A DNA stretch of 64,000 bases from positions 13,748 to 77,747 of the forward strand of contig JAXHNE010000005.1 in the NCBI GenBank assembly GCA_034520885.1, given 5' to 3'. The stretch is from Candidatus Saccharimonadota bacterium (GTDB lineage: Bacteria; Patescibacteriota; Saccharimonadia; Saccharimonadales; JAXHNE01). The notes under the pieces are model-generated. The model had not been told where the DNA came from, ran no database searches, and saw only the letters and a program-made list of their open reading frames with translations. This document shows positions 52,362 through 61,678 of this stretch, in pieces. Each line of letters begins with the position of its first letter. Position 1 is the stretch's first letter. Made by a program: the position numbers and the translations under genes.

Positions 52362-55058
52362 TTAACGGAGGGAGATGACGGTTTCGTCGGATTCGCCGTC
52401 TTTGCCAACGTGTAGGGTGTCGCTATTTTTGCTGTTTTTGGCTGGTTTGGCGGCTGGATTTTTGGCTGCGGACTTTTTGTCGTCTAATTTTGCGCGTGCT
52501 TTTTTGGGTTTTTCCTCCGTTGATTGATTAGCTTTCGGACTCTCTGACTTACCTTTTTTTCTACGACGACGCCGGCGACGCTTTTTCTTCGGCTGCCCAG
52601 GCGTTTCTTTGCTAGCCAGCTCAATAATGCTTTTGGCGCTTTTGTTGCCGTCTTTTGGGGCAGTTGTTTCGGGCGTCGGCTCTTTTTCGAACTTCGTTTC
52701 TCGCGTGGTTTTCGGGGGCGTATCGGCCTGATCTTTAGGTTCGGGGGCAGGGGGTTTGGGCGCTGGTTTGTCCGCGGACTTCTTGGGTGGCTTCTGTAGC
52801 TTATCGATTTTATTGAGTTCACTGCCGTAGCGCTCTTGCATGAAGGCTTCGATGTGTTCACGGTCGGCGGCGAATTGGCGTCGGCTTTGGTCAATGATAG
52901 AGGCGGAGTGGTTTTCGCCGTATTCGGGCAAGTTCAAGGTGGTAGCGGAGAAGGCGGGTTGTTTCTCGCCTTCGATAATCATACTGATGGCGATGTGGCG
53001 GTTATGCATGTGCACGATGTCGTGATCTTCAAAGTGTGGTTCAAAGTATTTTTGCATGACTTTGGCGTCGTCTGCGCTGGTACGGAAGGTAATAATGGAA
53101 CCGACGTTGCCGAACACCGCGTCTTTGACCTCCGGCGTCATTTGCGCGGTGTATTGGTTGGCCACCGTCAGATTTAAGGCGTATTTTCGGGCCTCGGACA
53201 AAATGGTGGCGAAGCTGTCGGTGGCGAAGTTTTGGAACTCGTCAACGTAGAGGTAGAACGGCACGCGCTCACTTGCCTCGATATCCGCCCGGCTCATGGC
53301 GCCCATTTGAATTTTGGTCACCAGCAAGGCACCCAAAAGGCTGGCGTTGTCCTCGCCAATAAGCCCGCGGGAGAGATTGACGATTAAAATTTTGCGCTCG
53401 TCCATGATTTTACGGATGTTAAAACTGCTTTTGGGCTGGCCGATGATGTTGCGAACAATCGGGTTGGCGGTAAAAGCGCCGACTTTGTTTAATACCGGCG
53501 CCACGGCTTCGGCCTGGAATTTGGGGTTCCAGCTGGCGAATTCTACTTGCCAAAAGTTGCGCACCACCGGGTCGTCGACGTAGGTCAGGACTTCGTCGCG
53601 GAATTTTTTATCGGTTAAAATGCGGGTGATATCCAGCATGGTGGATTCCGGATAATCCAAAAGCGCCAGCAAGCTGTAGCGCAAAATGTATTCCAGGCGA
53701 GGTCCCCAGGATTCGAACATGCGTTTTAAGACGCCGATAAGTTCCGACGCCGTGTGGGTTTTGAGTTTGTCGTCCACCACCTCCATGGGGTTGAAGGCGA
53801 TAGGAAAATCGGTGTCCGCGGGGTTGAAGTAAATTACGTCCTCCACGCGATCCGGAGAAATTCGTTTGAGCGTATTCAGGGCGTAATCGCCGTGCGGATC
53901 GATGACCGCGAACCCGTACGGGCTGGGAATGTCGGAAATGGTCAGGAGCTCCAGCAGGGCGGATTTACCTACGCCGGTCTGTCCGATGATGTAAAGGTGA
54001 CGTCCGCGATCCGAACGGTGCACGCCAAAAGGCGTGTGATGTCCACGGAAGTTAGTTGCTGCCAGAGGGCTGACGTGGTCGGTGTTCTCGCCCACGAGAA
54101 TCGGCAAGTTAGCCGGCGGTTCGGCGGTTTTGGCATTGGCCCACAAAATATTGGGCGTTTCCACGTTGGTATGCGGTAAGTGGAATAAACTGGCGACTTC
54201 CTCGATGTTTAAAATAAAGCTTTTACTTAAAGTTCGGTTGGTGTAGGCCTGAATGTGCGCCGGTTTGTTATCAATAAATTTTTGCTTGAATCCGTTTAAA
54301 TAAGTGCTGTTGAACTGCTTATAGCTGGCGATAATGGATTGCAAACGCATTTTGGCTTCCGACGGGGAAGTATTGCCGGCATAGACCAGCCGTACACAAA
54401 CGTCGTAGGCCAGTTTTTGGGCTTTTTCTTCCGCGCCTTTGACGCGGGCGTTTTCGTGTTCGGCCAGTTTTTGGCCGCCGCTGTCTTCCGGTGGAGCCCA
54501 CAGCGCCTTGCCCAGTCCGACACCGCCGCCGCGCATTTTGGCGATGTAACGTTCGCTGGCTTTATGCCAACTGTCCCCGGTGGGGCGTACGATGACTTGT
54601 AGCCAAGCCTCTTCGTCGTCCCGGAATTGGGCCAAGGTAGCAGTGATTGCCGCTAGCGGGTCGACCTCAAAACTTGGGAAGGTTTTAATTGGCAACTGAC
54701 TGGGGCCGGTGAGCGCAATCTCCGCCGCCATGCGGGTCGGGGCAGTATTGGTGCTTAAATCAGCGTAGTCGCTAATTTCGGTAATGTGCACCGTCGGGTA
54801 CTGGGCGTAAATTTGCTCGATGACATAACTTTTTAGGTACGTCGGTACCCACACGTAAAAACCAATACGGCGGTTTTTGACGGCAATTTCGAAACTAATT
54901 TGCTGGCTGGCGTTTTTAAGGAGTAAACCTTGTTTGCCGCCATGCAGCAATCCGTGCAGCGAGGCCAGCATTTGCTCCGCAGCCAACTCCTTTTTTTCGT
55001 TGGTGCGGGGAACTTGCAATAAGAGCACTGTACCATCTGGTGTCGGTGTTTGTGACAT
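52362..55058 (-). CDS. VirD4/TraG-like (coupling-protein-type, HerA/FtsK-superfamily) P-loop ATPase with a long basic C-terminal tail
   Basis: 898 aa. Walker A IIGQTGVGKSALLELL and Walker B FYLYVDEFQNF. The C-terminal ~180 aa are K/P/R-rich (KKKRRRRRRRKKGKS). No N-terminal TM helices are seen. Confidence 0.65.
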   Translation of the reverse strand: MSQTPTPDGTVLLLQVPRTNEKKELAAEQMLASLHGLLHGGKQGLLLKNASQQISFEIAVKNRRIGFYVWVPTYLKSYVIEQIYAQYPTVHITEISDYADLSTNTAPTRMAAEIALTGPSQLPIKTFPSFEVDPLAAITATLAQFRDDEEAWLQVIVRPTGDSWHKASERYIAKMRGGGVGLGKALWAPPEDSGGQKLAEHENARVKGAEEKAQKLAYDVCVRLVYAGNTSPSEAKMRLQSIIASYKQFNSTYLNGFKQKFIDNKPAHIQAYTNRTLSKSFILNIEEVASLFHLPHTNVETPNILWANAKTAEPPANLPILVGENTDHVSPLAATNFRGHHTPFGVHRSDRGRHLYIIGQTGVGKSALLELLTISDIPSPYGFAVIDPHGDYALNTLKRISPDRVEDVIYFNPADTDFPIAFNPMEVVDDKLKTHTASELIGVLKRMFESWGPRLEYILRYSLLALLDYPESTMLDITRILTDKKFRDEVLTYVDDPVVRNFWQVEFASWNPKFQAEAVAPVLNKVGAFTANPIVRNIIGQPKSSFNIRKIMDERKILIVNLSRGLIGEDNASLLGALLVTKIQMGAMSRADIEASERVPFYLYVDEFQNFATDSFATILSEARKYALNLTVANQYTAQMTPEVKDAVFGNVGSIITFRTSADDAKVMQKYFEPHFEDHDIVHMHNRHIAISMIIEGEKQPAFSATTLNLPEYGENHSASIIDQSRRQFAADREHIEAFMQERYGSELNKIDKLQKPPKKSADKPAPKPPAPEPKDQADTPPKTTRETKFEKEPTPETTAPKDGNKSAKSIIELASKETPGQPKKKRRRRRRRKKGKSESPKANQSTEEKPKKARAKLDDKKSAAKNPAAKPAKNSKNSDTLHVGKDGESDETVISLR

Positions 55059-55234
55059 CAGGTCGATTATACCCTAAAATTAAAGATTTTTCAATATATT
55101 CTTATGGTTTTGTAAAGAGTTCCGTTGGTTTGCAATTTGACAATGACGGGCGTATAGTTGGTAGCTAAGTTTAATGTGTGCCTCGGTGGACCACAAAAAA
55201 CAGCCGCCTGAAAACTACTAAATCCGCAGCAGGG

Positions 55235-55273
55235 TTGACTAAATAATTAGCACTCTATTATTATGAGTGCTAA
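55235..55273 (+). promoter_or_regulatory. groESL promoter -35 box plus a perfect CIRCE operator (HrcA site)
   Basis: TTGACT at 55235-55240. TTAGCACTC-tattattat-GAGTGCTAA at 55247-55273 equals the CIRCE consensus TTAGCACTC-N9-GAGTGCTAA. The -10 (tattat) lies inside the spacer. Confidence 0.9.
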
Positions 55274-55333
55274 TGATCGATGTGATTTGCGAGATACATC
55301 GATCAAAAATGAGGCATAAACAGGAGGACGAGT

Positions 55334-55600
55334 ATGGCCGTAAACATCAAGCCACTTGGCGAGTACGTGGTGGCGCAAACCGAAGAAGCGCCCAGCAAAA
55401 CCGCCAGCGGGTTGTATATCCCCAAAGAAGCGCAGGAAAAACCCAAGATTTCCAAGGTTTTGGCCGTGGGCAAGGACGTCAAAGAGGTAAAAGTGGGCGA
55501 CCGCATTATTTACGGCGGTTTCAGCAACACCGAAGTCAACCATGACGGCGAAGATTACATGCTTATTAAGGAAGAAAACATCTACGCGGTAGTTAAATAG
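55334..55600 (+). CDS. groES: Co-chaperonin GroES
   Basis: 88 aa. MAVNIKPLGEYVVAQTEEAPSKTASGLYIP... AGGAGG lies upstream. Confidence 0.95.
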   Translation: MAVNIKPLGEYVVAQTEEAPSKTASGLYIPKEAQEKPKISKVLAVGKDVKEVKVGDRIIYGGFSNTEVNHDGEDYMLIKEENIYAVVK

Positions 55601-55657
55601 CTAAAAGCTTAAAGCCGAAAGCTCTGAGCTTATGGCTCTTGGCTCTTGGCTCAAGCG
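55598..55657 (+). repeat. Cargo-less heptamer-periodic hairpin in the groES-groEL spacer
   Basis: The tract reads tagctaa aagctta aagccga aagctct gagctta tggctct tggctct tggctca agc. The A-rich left half pairs with the T-rich right half (about 16 of 22 positions). This includes G-U pairs that form only in the sense-strand RNA. Confidence 0.7.
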
Positions 55658-55675
55658 ACTGGAAGGAGCGAAAGA

Positions 55676-57343
55676 ATGGCTAATAAAGTTTTTTACGATG
55701 AAGACGCCCGCCGGCGAGTACTGGGCGGCGCGGAAATTTTATACAACGCGGTACGCACCACCATGGGGCCCAAAGGCCGCAACGCGGTTTTAAGCAAAAG
55801 CTACGGTGGTCCCACGGTTACGCATGACGGGGTGAGTGTCGCTAAAGGCGTGGAACTGGAGGACAAGGACGACGAAACGCTGGGCTACAAAGTCGGCGCC
55901 GAACTTATTAAACAGGCCGCTAACAAAATGAACGACGTGGCGGGTGATGGCACCACCACCGTGACCGTGCTGACGTATCACATTTTGAGCGAGGCCAACA
56001 AGTTGATCGCCGCCGGGCACAACCCCATGTTGTTGCGCAAAGGCTTGGAAGCCGCGGCCCAAGACGTACAGGCCAAGTTAGGATCTATGTCCGAAGACAT
56101 CAAGGCCAACAAAAAGCGCGTGGCGGAAGTCGCCACCATTTCCGCCGGCGATAACGAAATCGGTAACTTGATTGCTGAGGTAATCGGCCAGGTCGGCAAA
56201 GACGGCGTGGTCACCGTGGAAGAAGGCCAAAGCCTGGAGCTGGAAAGCGAAGTAGTAGAAGGCTTTACCTTTGATCGCGGCTTCGTCAGCCCCTACATGG
56301 TGACGGATTCCGGCCGCATGGAAGCCATCCAGGAAAAGCCGGCCGTGGTGATTACCGATAAAAAAATCAGCAGCTTACAGGAATTCTTACCACTCATGGA
56401 AAAACTGGCGCAAGCCGGCAAAAAGGAGCTGATGTTAATTGCCGAGGACGTGGAAGGCGAAGCGCTGGGATCGCTGATTCTCAACCGCCTCAAAGGTGTC
56501 TTTAACACCGTCGCCGTCAAAGCGCCGGCCTTTGGTGATCGCCGCAAGGACGCGTTGCAAGACATCGCGATTCTTACCGGCGCGACGGTGATTAGCGAAG
56601 ACCAAGGTATGAGCTTTGAAAACGTGGACATCGACGTGGCCGGAAGCGCCCGTAAAGTGATCGTCACCAAGGACGACACCACGATTATCGAGGGCAACGG
56701 GTCGGTTAACGAGCTAAAAGCCCGTATCGATCAAATCAATACGCAGATCGAAGCCGCGACCAGCGAATACGACAAAGAAAACCTGGAAAAACGCCGCGCC
56801 GCACTGCAGGGCAAAGTGGCGGTGATTAAGGTTGGCGGTGCTACGGAAACGGAAATCGAGGAAAAGAAATTCCGCGTGGACGACGCCGTGGCCGCCGTGA
56901 AAGCCGCACTGGACGAAGGTATCGTGCCTGGTGGTGGCGTAACGTTGGTTAATCTAATTTCCGCGGTGAGCGAACAAAAGTCCGACGATGACGCCGTGGC
57001 CGCCGGCCGGCAACTGCTGAAAAAGGCGCTGGAACAACCGTTCCGCTGCTTACTGGAAAACGCCGGGCTTAACGCCGATGGCTGGCTGCCGCTCGTGAAG
57101 CAAGCCAAGGACGGACAAGGCGTGGACGTTAACGAACCCAACAAGTTAGTGGACATGAAGTCCGCCGGCGTGATTGATCCGGCCCGCGTGACCAAGGAAG
57201 CCATTCAAAACGCCGCATCGATTGCCGGCACCTCCATGACCATGGGCGCGCTGGTAGTCGAAGTGCCGCAAAAAGAAGAGTCCGGTGGCGGAGCCGCCGG
57301 CGGTGGAATGCCCGGAGGCATGGGCGGAATGATGGGTATGTAG
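55676..57343 (+). CDS. groEL: Chaperonin GroEL
   Basis: The start is set at ATG 55676 (MANKVFYDEDARRRV...), with GGAAGGAG upstream. Typical GroEL throughout, including the C-terminal GGM-type tail (GGMPGGMGGMMGM). Confidence 0.95.
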   Translation: MANKVFYDEDARRRVLGGAEILYNAVRTTMGPKGRNAVLSKSYGGPTVTHDGVSVAKGVELEDKDDETLGYKVGAELIKQAANKMNDVAGDGTTTVTVLTYHILSEANKLIAAGHNPMLLRKGLEAAAQDVQAKLGSMSEDIKANKKRVAEVATISAGDNEIGNLIAEVIGQVGKDGVVTVEEGQSLELESEVVEGFTFDRGFVSPYMVTDSGRMEAIQEKPAVVITDKKISSLQEFLPLMEKLAQAGKKELMLIAEDVEGEALGSLILNRLKGVFNTVAVKAPAFGDRRKDALQDIAILTGATVISEDQGMSFENVDIDVAGSARKVIVTKDDTTIIEGNGSVNELKARIDQINTQIEAATSEYDKENLEKRRAALQGKVAVIKVGGATETEIEEKKFRVDDAVAAVKAALDEGIVPGGGVTLVNLISAVSEQKSDDDAVAAGRQLLKKALEQPFRCLLENAGLNADGWLPLVKQAKDGQGVDVNEPNKLVDMKSAGVIDPARVTKEAIQNAASIAGTSMTMGALVVEVPQKEESGGGAAGGGMPGGMGGMMGM

Positions 57344-57683
57344 CATGCTTGCCCCGTAGTAAATCCCGCTCGAAGTGATATGTAATCAGATCACGGAGAA
57401 ACGAGATTTTACTACCGGGGATGGGCATGTAAGGCTAACGCACCACACGCGGTACAATTCGGCAAAGCCGATTGAATCCAGTATTTTTGGCGCATCTTGG
57501 CAGTTTTCTTTCCGGGGCGCAGTCAATGTACGAGAAAGTACATCTCCTTTGCGCTCCTCAAGAAGAACTGCCACCCTGTATCCAAATGCGTTACCCTTCG
57601 TTTCACCACCTATAACGGCTTTTCGTAAAAAACTTGCAAACCTTGCGAGTATGGGCGGGAGTAAGCGTAAGCGTATACAAAAG

Positions 57684-57712
57684 TTGTTTATTTAGCGAAT
57701 ATATCGTATAAT
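57684..57712 (+). promoter_or_regulatory. Candidate promoter of the LPXTG-protein gene
   Basis: TTGTTT, a 17-nt spacer, then TATAAT (57707-57712). AAGGAG at 57724-57729 precedes the ATG at 57735. Confidence 0.4.
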
Positions 57713-57734
57713 CAACTCCAAACAAGGAGTGCAC

Positions 57735-58301
57735 ATGGGACTGTTTAACCGCAAAAAATCTACTGACAACGATATTAATAGCTATTACACCAGCGAGCGT
57801 CGCCAGCGTGTTGGCATGGCGTGGGCATTAGGCATTGCTACGCTCATTTTGACCGTATTGTTGGCGCTCGGGCTATTTTATGGCGGGCGTTGGACATACC
57901 GTACGGTGTTTGATGACGATGAAACCACCACCAGTGAAACGGCTACCGAAGAAGACCAGACCGATGATCAAACTACTCCCGGGGTAAATGACGACGAGCA
58001 AGACGAAAACAATGATCAATCCGACGACCAGGCGGACCAAGGAGCCGACGACTCTGGCTTCGAAGACATTGTGGGCAGTGATACGGACGAAACTAGCAGT
58101 GATACTGACGAGACCGGCAGTGCTACCGGCGGCAGCTCGGACCGAGATAGCAGCCAGCCTTCCGGCGAAGAATTGTCGAGCACGGGTTCGCAAGGGCTTC
58201 CCAGCACCGGCCCTGAAGACACGTTGGGTGTTTTTGTAATCGTTTCGGTCGCTTTCGGGCTGGGACACAAAGCTTACCACGTAAAAAAAGCCAGTAGATA
58301 A
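57735..58301 (+). CDS. LPXTG-motif cell-wall-anchored acidic protein
   Basis: N-terminal TM/signal segment, D/E/T-rich low-complexity middle, and a C-terminal sorting signal of LPSTG + VFVIVSVAFGLG + HKAYHVKKASR. Confidence 0.75.
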   Translation: MGLFNRKKSTDNDINSYYTSERRQRVGMAWALGIATLILTVLLALGLFYGGRWTYRTVFDDDETTTSETATEEDQTDDQTTPGVNDDEQDENNDQSDDQADQGADDSGFEDIVGSDTDETSSDTDETGSATGGSSDRDSSQPSGEELSSTGSQGLPSTGPEDTLGVFVIVSVAFGLGHKAYHVKKASR

Positions 58302-58460
58302 AAAACCGGGCTCCAGAAATAGACGCTTCACCGGCAACGGTCTTGGTGCTCATGCTATAATATAAGCAATAGCATTTGAGAGATGCGCGCAATTTAAATG
58401 GAGGTATTGAGGTCGCGAAGACAGACACAAAATCATAAAACTTTTCATTAAAAAGGAGGG

Positions 58461-58835
58461 ATGATGAGTGCAGCTTCACAGCAAGAGATACAAACCATGC
58501 TTGACCAAATGCGTACGCGCATGCAAGATCGAATGGCCACGAGACAGGACGTGCAACGGGCGACGGATGACGCCAGGGACCGCATGATCAGTTACATGCA
58601 CGACTATTTGCAGCAAAACCAGCAACAGTTCGTACGGCAACTGGATGACCGGACGAAAACGTATAAATCGCAGATAACGAATCTGGAATACCGGATCCAG
58701 TCGCTGGAACAAGAAATTCGTAACGCTAACCAGATACTAAACCAAATGGCCCAAAAGCAACAAAGCGTTATTATTCCGCATGTTCAGGAGGCGGTGAGTA
58801 ATCAACATAACTACCGCTATGTCCAGGAAGGCTAG
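58461..58835 (+). CDS. Hypothetical coiled-coil protein (Q-rich)
   Basis: 124-aa ORF with GGAGG upstream and a heptad-like composition. No family recognised. Confidence 0.5.
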   Translation: MMSAASQQEIQTMLDQMRTRMQDRMATRQDVQRATDDARDRMISYMHDYLQQNQQQFVRQLDDRTKTYKSQITNLEYRIQSLEQEIRNANQILNQMAQKQQSVIIPHVQEAVSNQHNYRYVQEG

Positions 58836-59186
58836 ATACTAGAGGTTAGAGGTTAGACGTTAGAGGCTAGACGTTAGAGATTGGAGGTTAGGATTTAGGA
58901 GTTCGTAGCTAGGCAGCTTAGCGGTTAGCAAAAACACAATGGGAAGGACGTAAATAGCGAGTTATCAGGTTTTTCAAACCCCATGGTAATGGAGCGTAAG
59001 TTCACTACGGGTAGGCTGTCACGCTGCCAATTAAACACCGGGTTGGTCACCAGGCTATTGATAAATAGAGGCCGCGGAAACACTTTCTTGGCTTTTACCT
59101 TCTACCCAACCTCCAACGTCTAACGTCTAGCGTCAAATTTCTAGCCTCTAGCCTCTAACGTCCAACCTCTAACGTCTTAGTCTCTA
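58836..59186. repeat. Heptamer-armed inverted repeat enclosing a 168-bp non-coding core
   Basis: The left arm (58836-58929) reads tagaggt tagaggt tagacgt tagaggc tagacgt tagagat .... The right arm (59098-59186) reads aacctcc aacgtct aacgtct ... agcctct agcctct aacgtcc aacctct aacgtct. The reverse complement of the left arm contains tagcctctaacgtctaacctcta, versus tagcctctaacgtccaacctcta in the right arm (about 24 of 25 nt). Confidence 0.85.
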
Positions 59187-59254
59187 TTTTTGCCGCTGGG
59201 CAAGCCCAGCAGCAAATCCTGATAGCAAGTAGTAAGCAATCAGATTACGCGCTA

Positions 59255-59809
59255 TCAAGACTTTTGCTGCTGGGTAAAGTAATTGATTTCGTTGATAACG
59301 TCCAAAAGTGCTTGGGCGCGGGCTTTGTCGTTTTCGATTTTTTGGGCGGCTTCGTAGGCTTCTTTTAACAGGGACTGATCATCCGTGGCCTGAATCATCA
59401 TCATGGTGGTGCGGAACTTTTCTTCCGCGGTTTGGTCCAAATGTGACACTAACGGGGAAAGTTGAGACAAAGCTTGCTGCTTAATCTCTACCAGATTGCC
59501 GGAAGGTGCCGGTTCGTCTTCCGCTTGCGGGGCGGGGTCGGGCGTGCCGTGATCGGTCACCATGTGCTCGGTGTCTTCGTGGTGCGGAATGTTATCCTGC
59601 GGCGCATCGGGTTGTTGTGCGTCCGTTGTAGCCGGTGCCGGATTGGCGTCCACCGGTTGTTGAGTCGCCGGCTGGAACGGTGAGTTTTGCCCGCCCATGG
59701 TCGGCAAATCCGGCGCGCCCCCGTTGTTTTGTGGCTGAGGTTCACCAAAATCCTGGAGGTCGTTTTGTTGTTGAGCATCGTTATTCTTTGAATTTCCAAA
59801 CATTTCCAC
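59255..59809 (-). CDS. Hypothetical protein with a Q/P-rich N-terminus and a helical C-terminus
   Basis: 184-aa ORF. No family recognised. Confidence 0.5.
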   Translation of the reverse strand: MEMFGNSKNNDAQQQNDLQDFGEPQPQNNGGAPDLPTMGGQNSPFQPATQQPVDANPAPATTDAQQPDAPQDNIPHHEDTEHMVTDHGTPDPAPQAEDEPAPSGNLVEIKQQALSQLSPLVSHLDQTAEEKFRTTMMMIQATDDQSLLKEAYEAAQKIENDKARAQALLDVINEINYFTQQQKS

Positions 59810-59920
59810 CCCTGTATCCCGCTGTCGGGAATTTCCATTTAGCAGTTTTCAATTTACAATTATAAGCGTAGCAAAAATTTACAGTAAACGAAAGCGTTTT
59901 GAAGGGAAGGAAACCGGAGC

Positions 59921-60952
59921 ATGCTGGACGATCTGAAATACATTCACCAAAAGGACGGTAGTGATGCGTTGGGAATCGCCGGCCGGCAAGCCCGTCAACT
60001 GGCGCATGAGTTTACGTTGGAATGGCAACCGGAAAACGAAATAAAAAATGTCGTCCTGGCCGGTATGGGCGGTTCGGCCTTGGCCGGGCTTTTGAGTACC
60101 ACGTGGCCCGATTATCACGTACCCTTTGAGATCGTTCGGGATTATGATATCCCAACGCACGTTAACGACAACACCTTATTTATCGCCTCCAGCTATTCGG
60201 GAAACACCGAGGAAACGTTGTCCGCGCTAGGGCAGGCCGAAGCGGCGGGAGCGCAAATCGTGATCCTGTCCGGCGGCGGAAAACTCATTGAATTGGCCGA
60301 AGAAAAGAGCTATCCCTACGAAGTAATCCCCAAAGTCGAGCAGCCGCGTTTCGCGGTGTTTTACGCGCTCAAAGCTTACGTGACCATACTGGAGCGCGCC
60401 GGGCTAGTAAAAACCACCGAAGCCGAAAAAACCATGCACCGAGCGAGCACATTTATTGCCCGTGCCGTGGAGCAATGGGGCGCGGATCGACCAACGAGTA
60501 AAAATCCGGCCAAAGAACTGGCCTTGGAGTTGGCCGGCAGTTCGCCGGTAATTTACGCCGGGCCGAAATTGTTCCCGGCCGCCTACAAGTGGAAGATCAG
60601 TTTTAACGAAAACGCCAAAAACGTGGCCTGGTGTAACGAGTACCCGGAATTTAACCACAACGAATTCATGGGCTGGACGAGCCACCCGGTAGAAAAACCC
60701 TACAAAGTCGTGGAGCTGCGCAGCAACTTGGAACACCCGCGCACCCAAAAACGTTTTGAGGTCAGCGAACGTTTGCTATCCGGTAAACGTCCCGCTCCGG
60801 AAGTAGTGGAAGTCCAAGGAGAGACCATCTTAGAGCAGCTACTGTGGGCGGTGGCTTTCGGTGATTTCGTGAGCATTTACGTGGCGCTGCTTAACGGAGT
60901 TGATCCGTCACCGGTAAAGTTAATCGAAAAATTCAAAAAAGATTTGGGTTAA
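59921..60952 (+). CDS. Bifunctional phosphoglucose/phosphomannose isomerase family (SIS domain) protein
   Basis: 343 aa. SIS motif VVLAGMGGSALAG...FIASSYSGNTEET. Size and C-terminal region are typical of the PGI/PMI family. Confidence 0.75.
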   Translation: MLDDLKYIHQKDGSDALGIAGRQARQLAHEFTLEWQPENEIKNVVLAGMGGSALAGLLSTTWPDYHVPFEIVRDYDIPTHVNDNTLFIASSYSGNTEETLSALGQAEAAGAQIVILSGGGKLIELAEEKSYPYEVIPKVEQPRFAVFYALKAYVTILERAGLVKTTEAEKTMHRASTFIARAVEQWGADRPTSKNPAKELALELAGSSPVIYAGPKLFPAAYKWKISFNENAKNVAWCNEYPEFNHNEFMGWTSHPVEKPYKVVELRSNLEHPRTQKRFEVSERLLSGKRPAPEVVEVQGETILEQLLWAVAFGDFVSIYVALLNGVDPSPVKLIEKFKKDLG

Positions 60953-60964
60953 TACGAAGAAGCC

Positions 60965-61678
60965 ATGAACGACGCGCGCCACATAAAATCCCTGGGAACT
61001 ATCCTGGGGGTGTGGGCGCATCCGGACGACGAAGTCTTCAGTTGTGGCGGCATCATGGCTTTGGCCGCGGAGAACGGGCAGCGCGTAATGTGCATGACTG
61101 CCAGCCGCGGGGAAGCCGGCGTCCAGGACGAGTCCCGCTGGCCGGCGGAGAAACTCGGCGCCATTCGCACCAAAGAGCTGGAAGCGGCGTACGAGTGCTT
61201 GGGCGCTATCGAGCACGTGTGGTTCGATTATTCCGACGGGAAAGTCGGCGATGTGTCGCTCGCGGAAGGCGAGAAAGTCGTGACGCGCCGTATCGAGGCG
61301 TGTCATCCGGACACTATTTTAACGTTCGGGCCGGAGGGGATGACCGGCCACCCCGATCACCGCGCGGTTTCTGCTTGGGCAACGCGCGTGGGCAAAGAGC
61401 GGGGCATAGCGGTGTATCACGCGGTGCTTACGCCGGAAACGTACGACGCCGACCGCGAAGCCGACGAACAATTCGACATATTTTTTAACATAGAACGACC
61501 GCCGATCGTACAACGTGGAGACTGCGACTTATATATCGATCTTAGTGATAAAACGCTGCAAAAAAAGTGCGCCGCTTTAAAGGCCATGCCCTCCCAAACC
61601 GAATCACTCATAAAAGCCATGGGCGAAGAAAAAGTATGTGATATGAACCGAATCGAGAGTTTCGTAAGGGCTAAATAG
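60965..61678 (+). CDS. PIG-L/LmbE family deacetylase
   Basis: GVWAHPDDEVFSCGG (AHPDDE zinc motif) and TGHPDH. Confidence 0.85.
   Translation: MNDARHIKSLGTILGVWAHPDDEVFSCGGIMALAAENGQRVMCMTASRGEAGVQDESRWPAEKLGAIRTKELEAAYECLGAIEHVWFDYSDGKVGDVSLAEGEKVVTRRIEACHPDTILTFGPEGMTGHPDHRAVSAWATRVGKERGIAVYHAVLTPETYDADREADEQFDIFFNIERPPIVQRGDCDLYIDLSDKTLQKKCAALKAMPSQTESLIKAMGEEKVCDMNRIESFVRAK

Noticed and set aside
57375-57695. 106-aa ORF after groEL.
   Set aside because: Low-complexity, Arg/Ser-rich sequence with no start context. The region is treated as non-coding.
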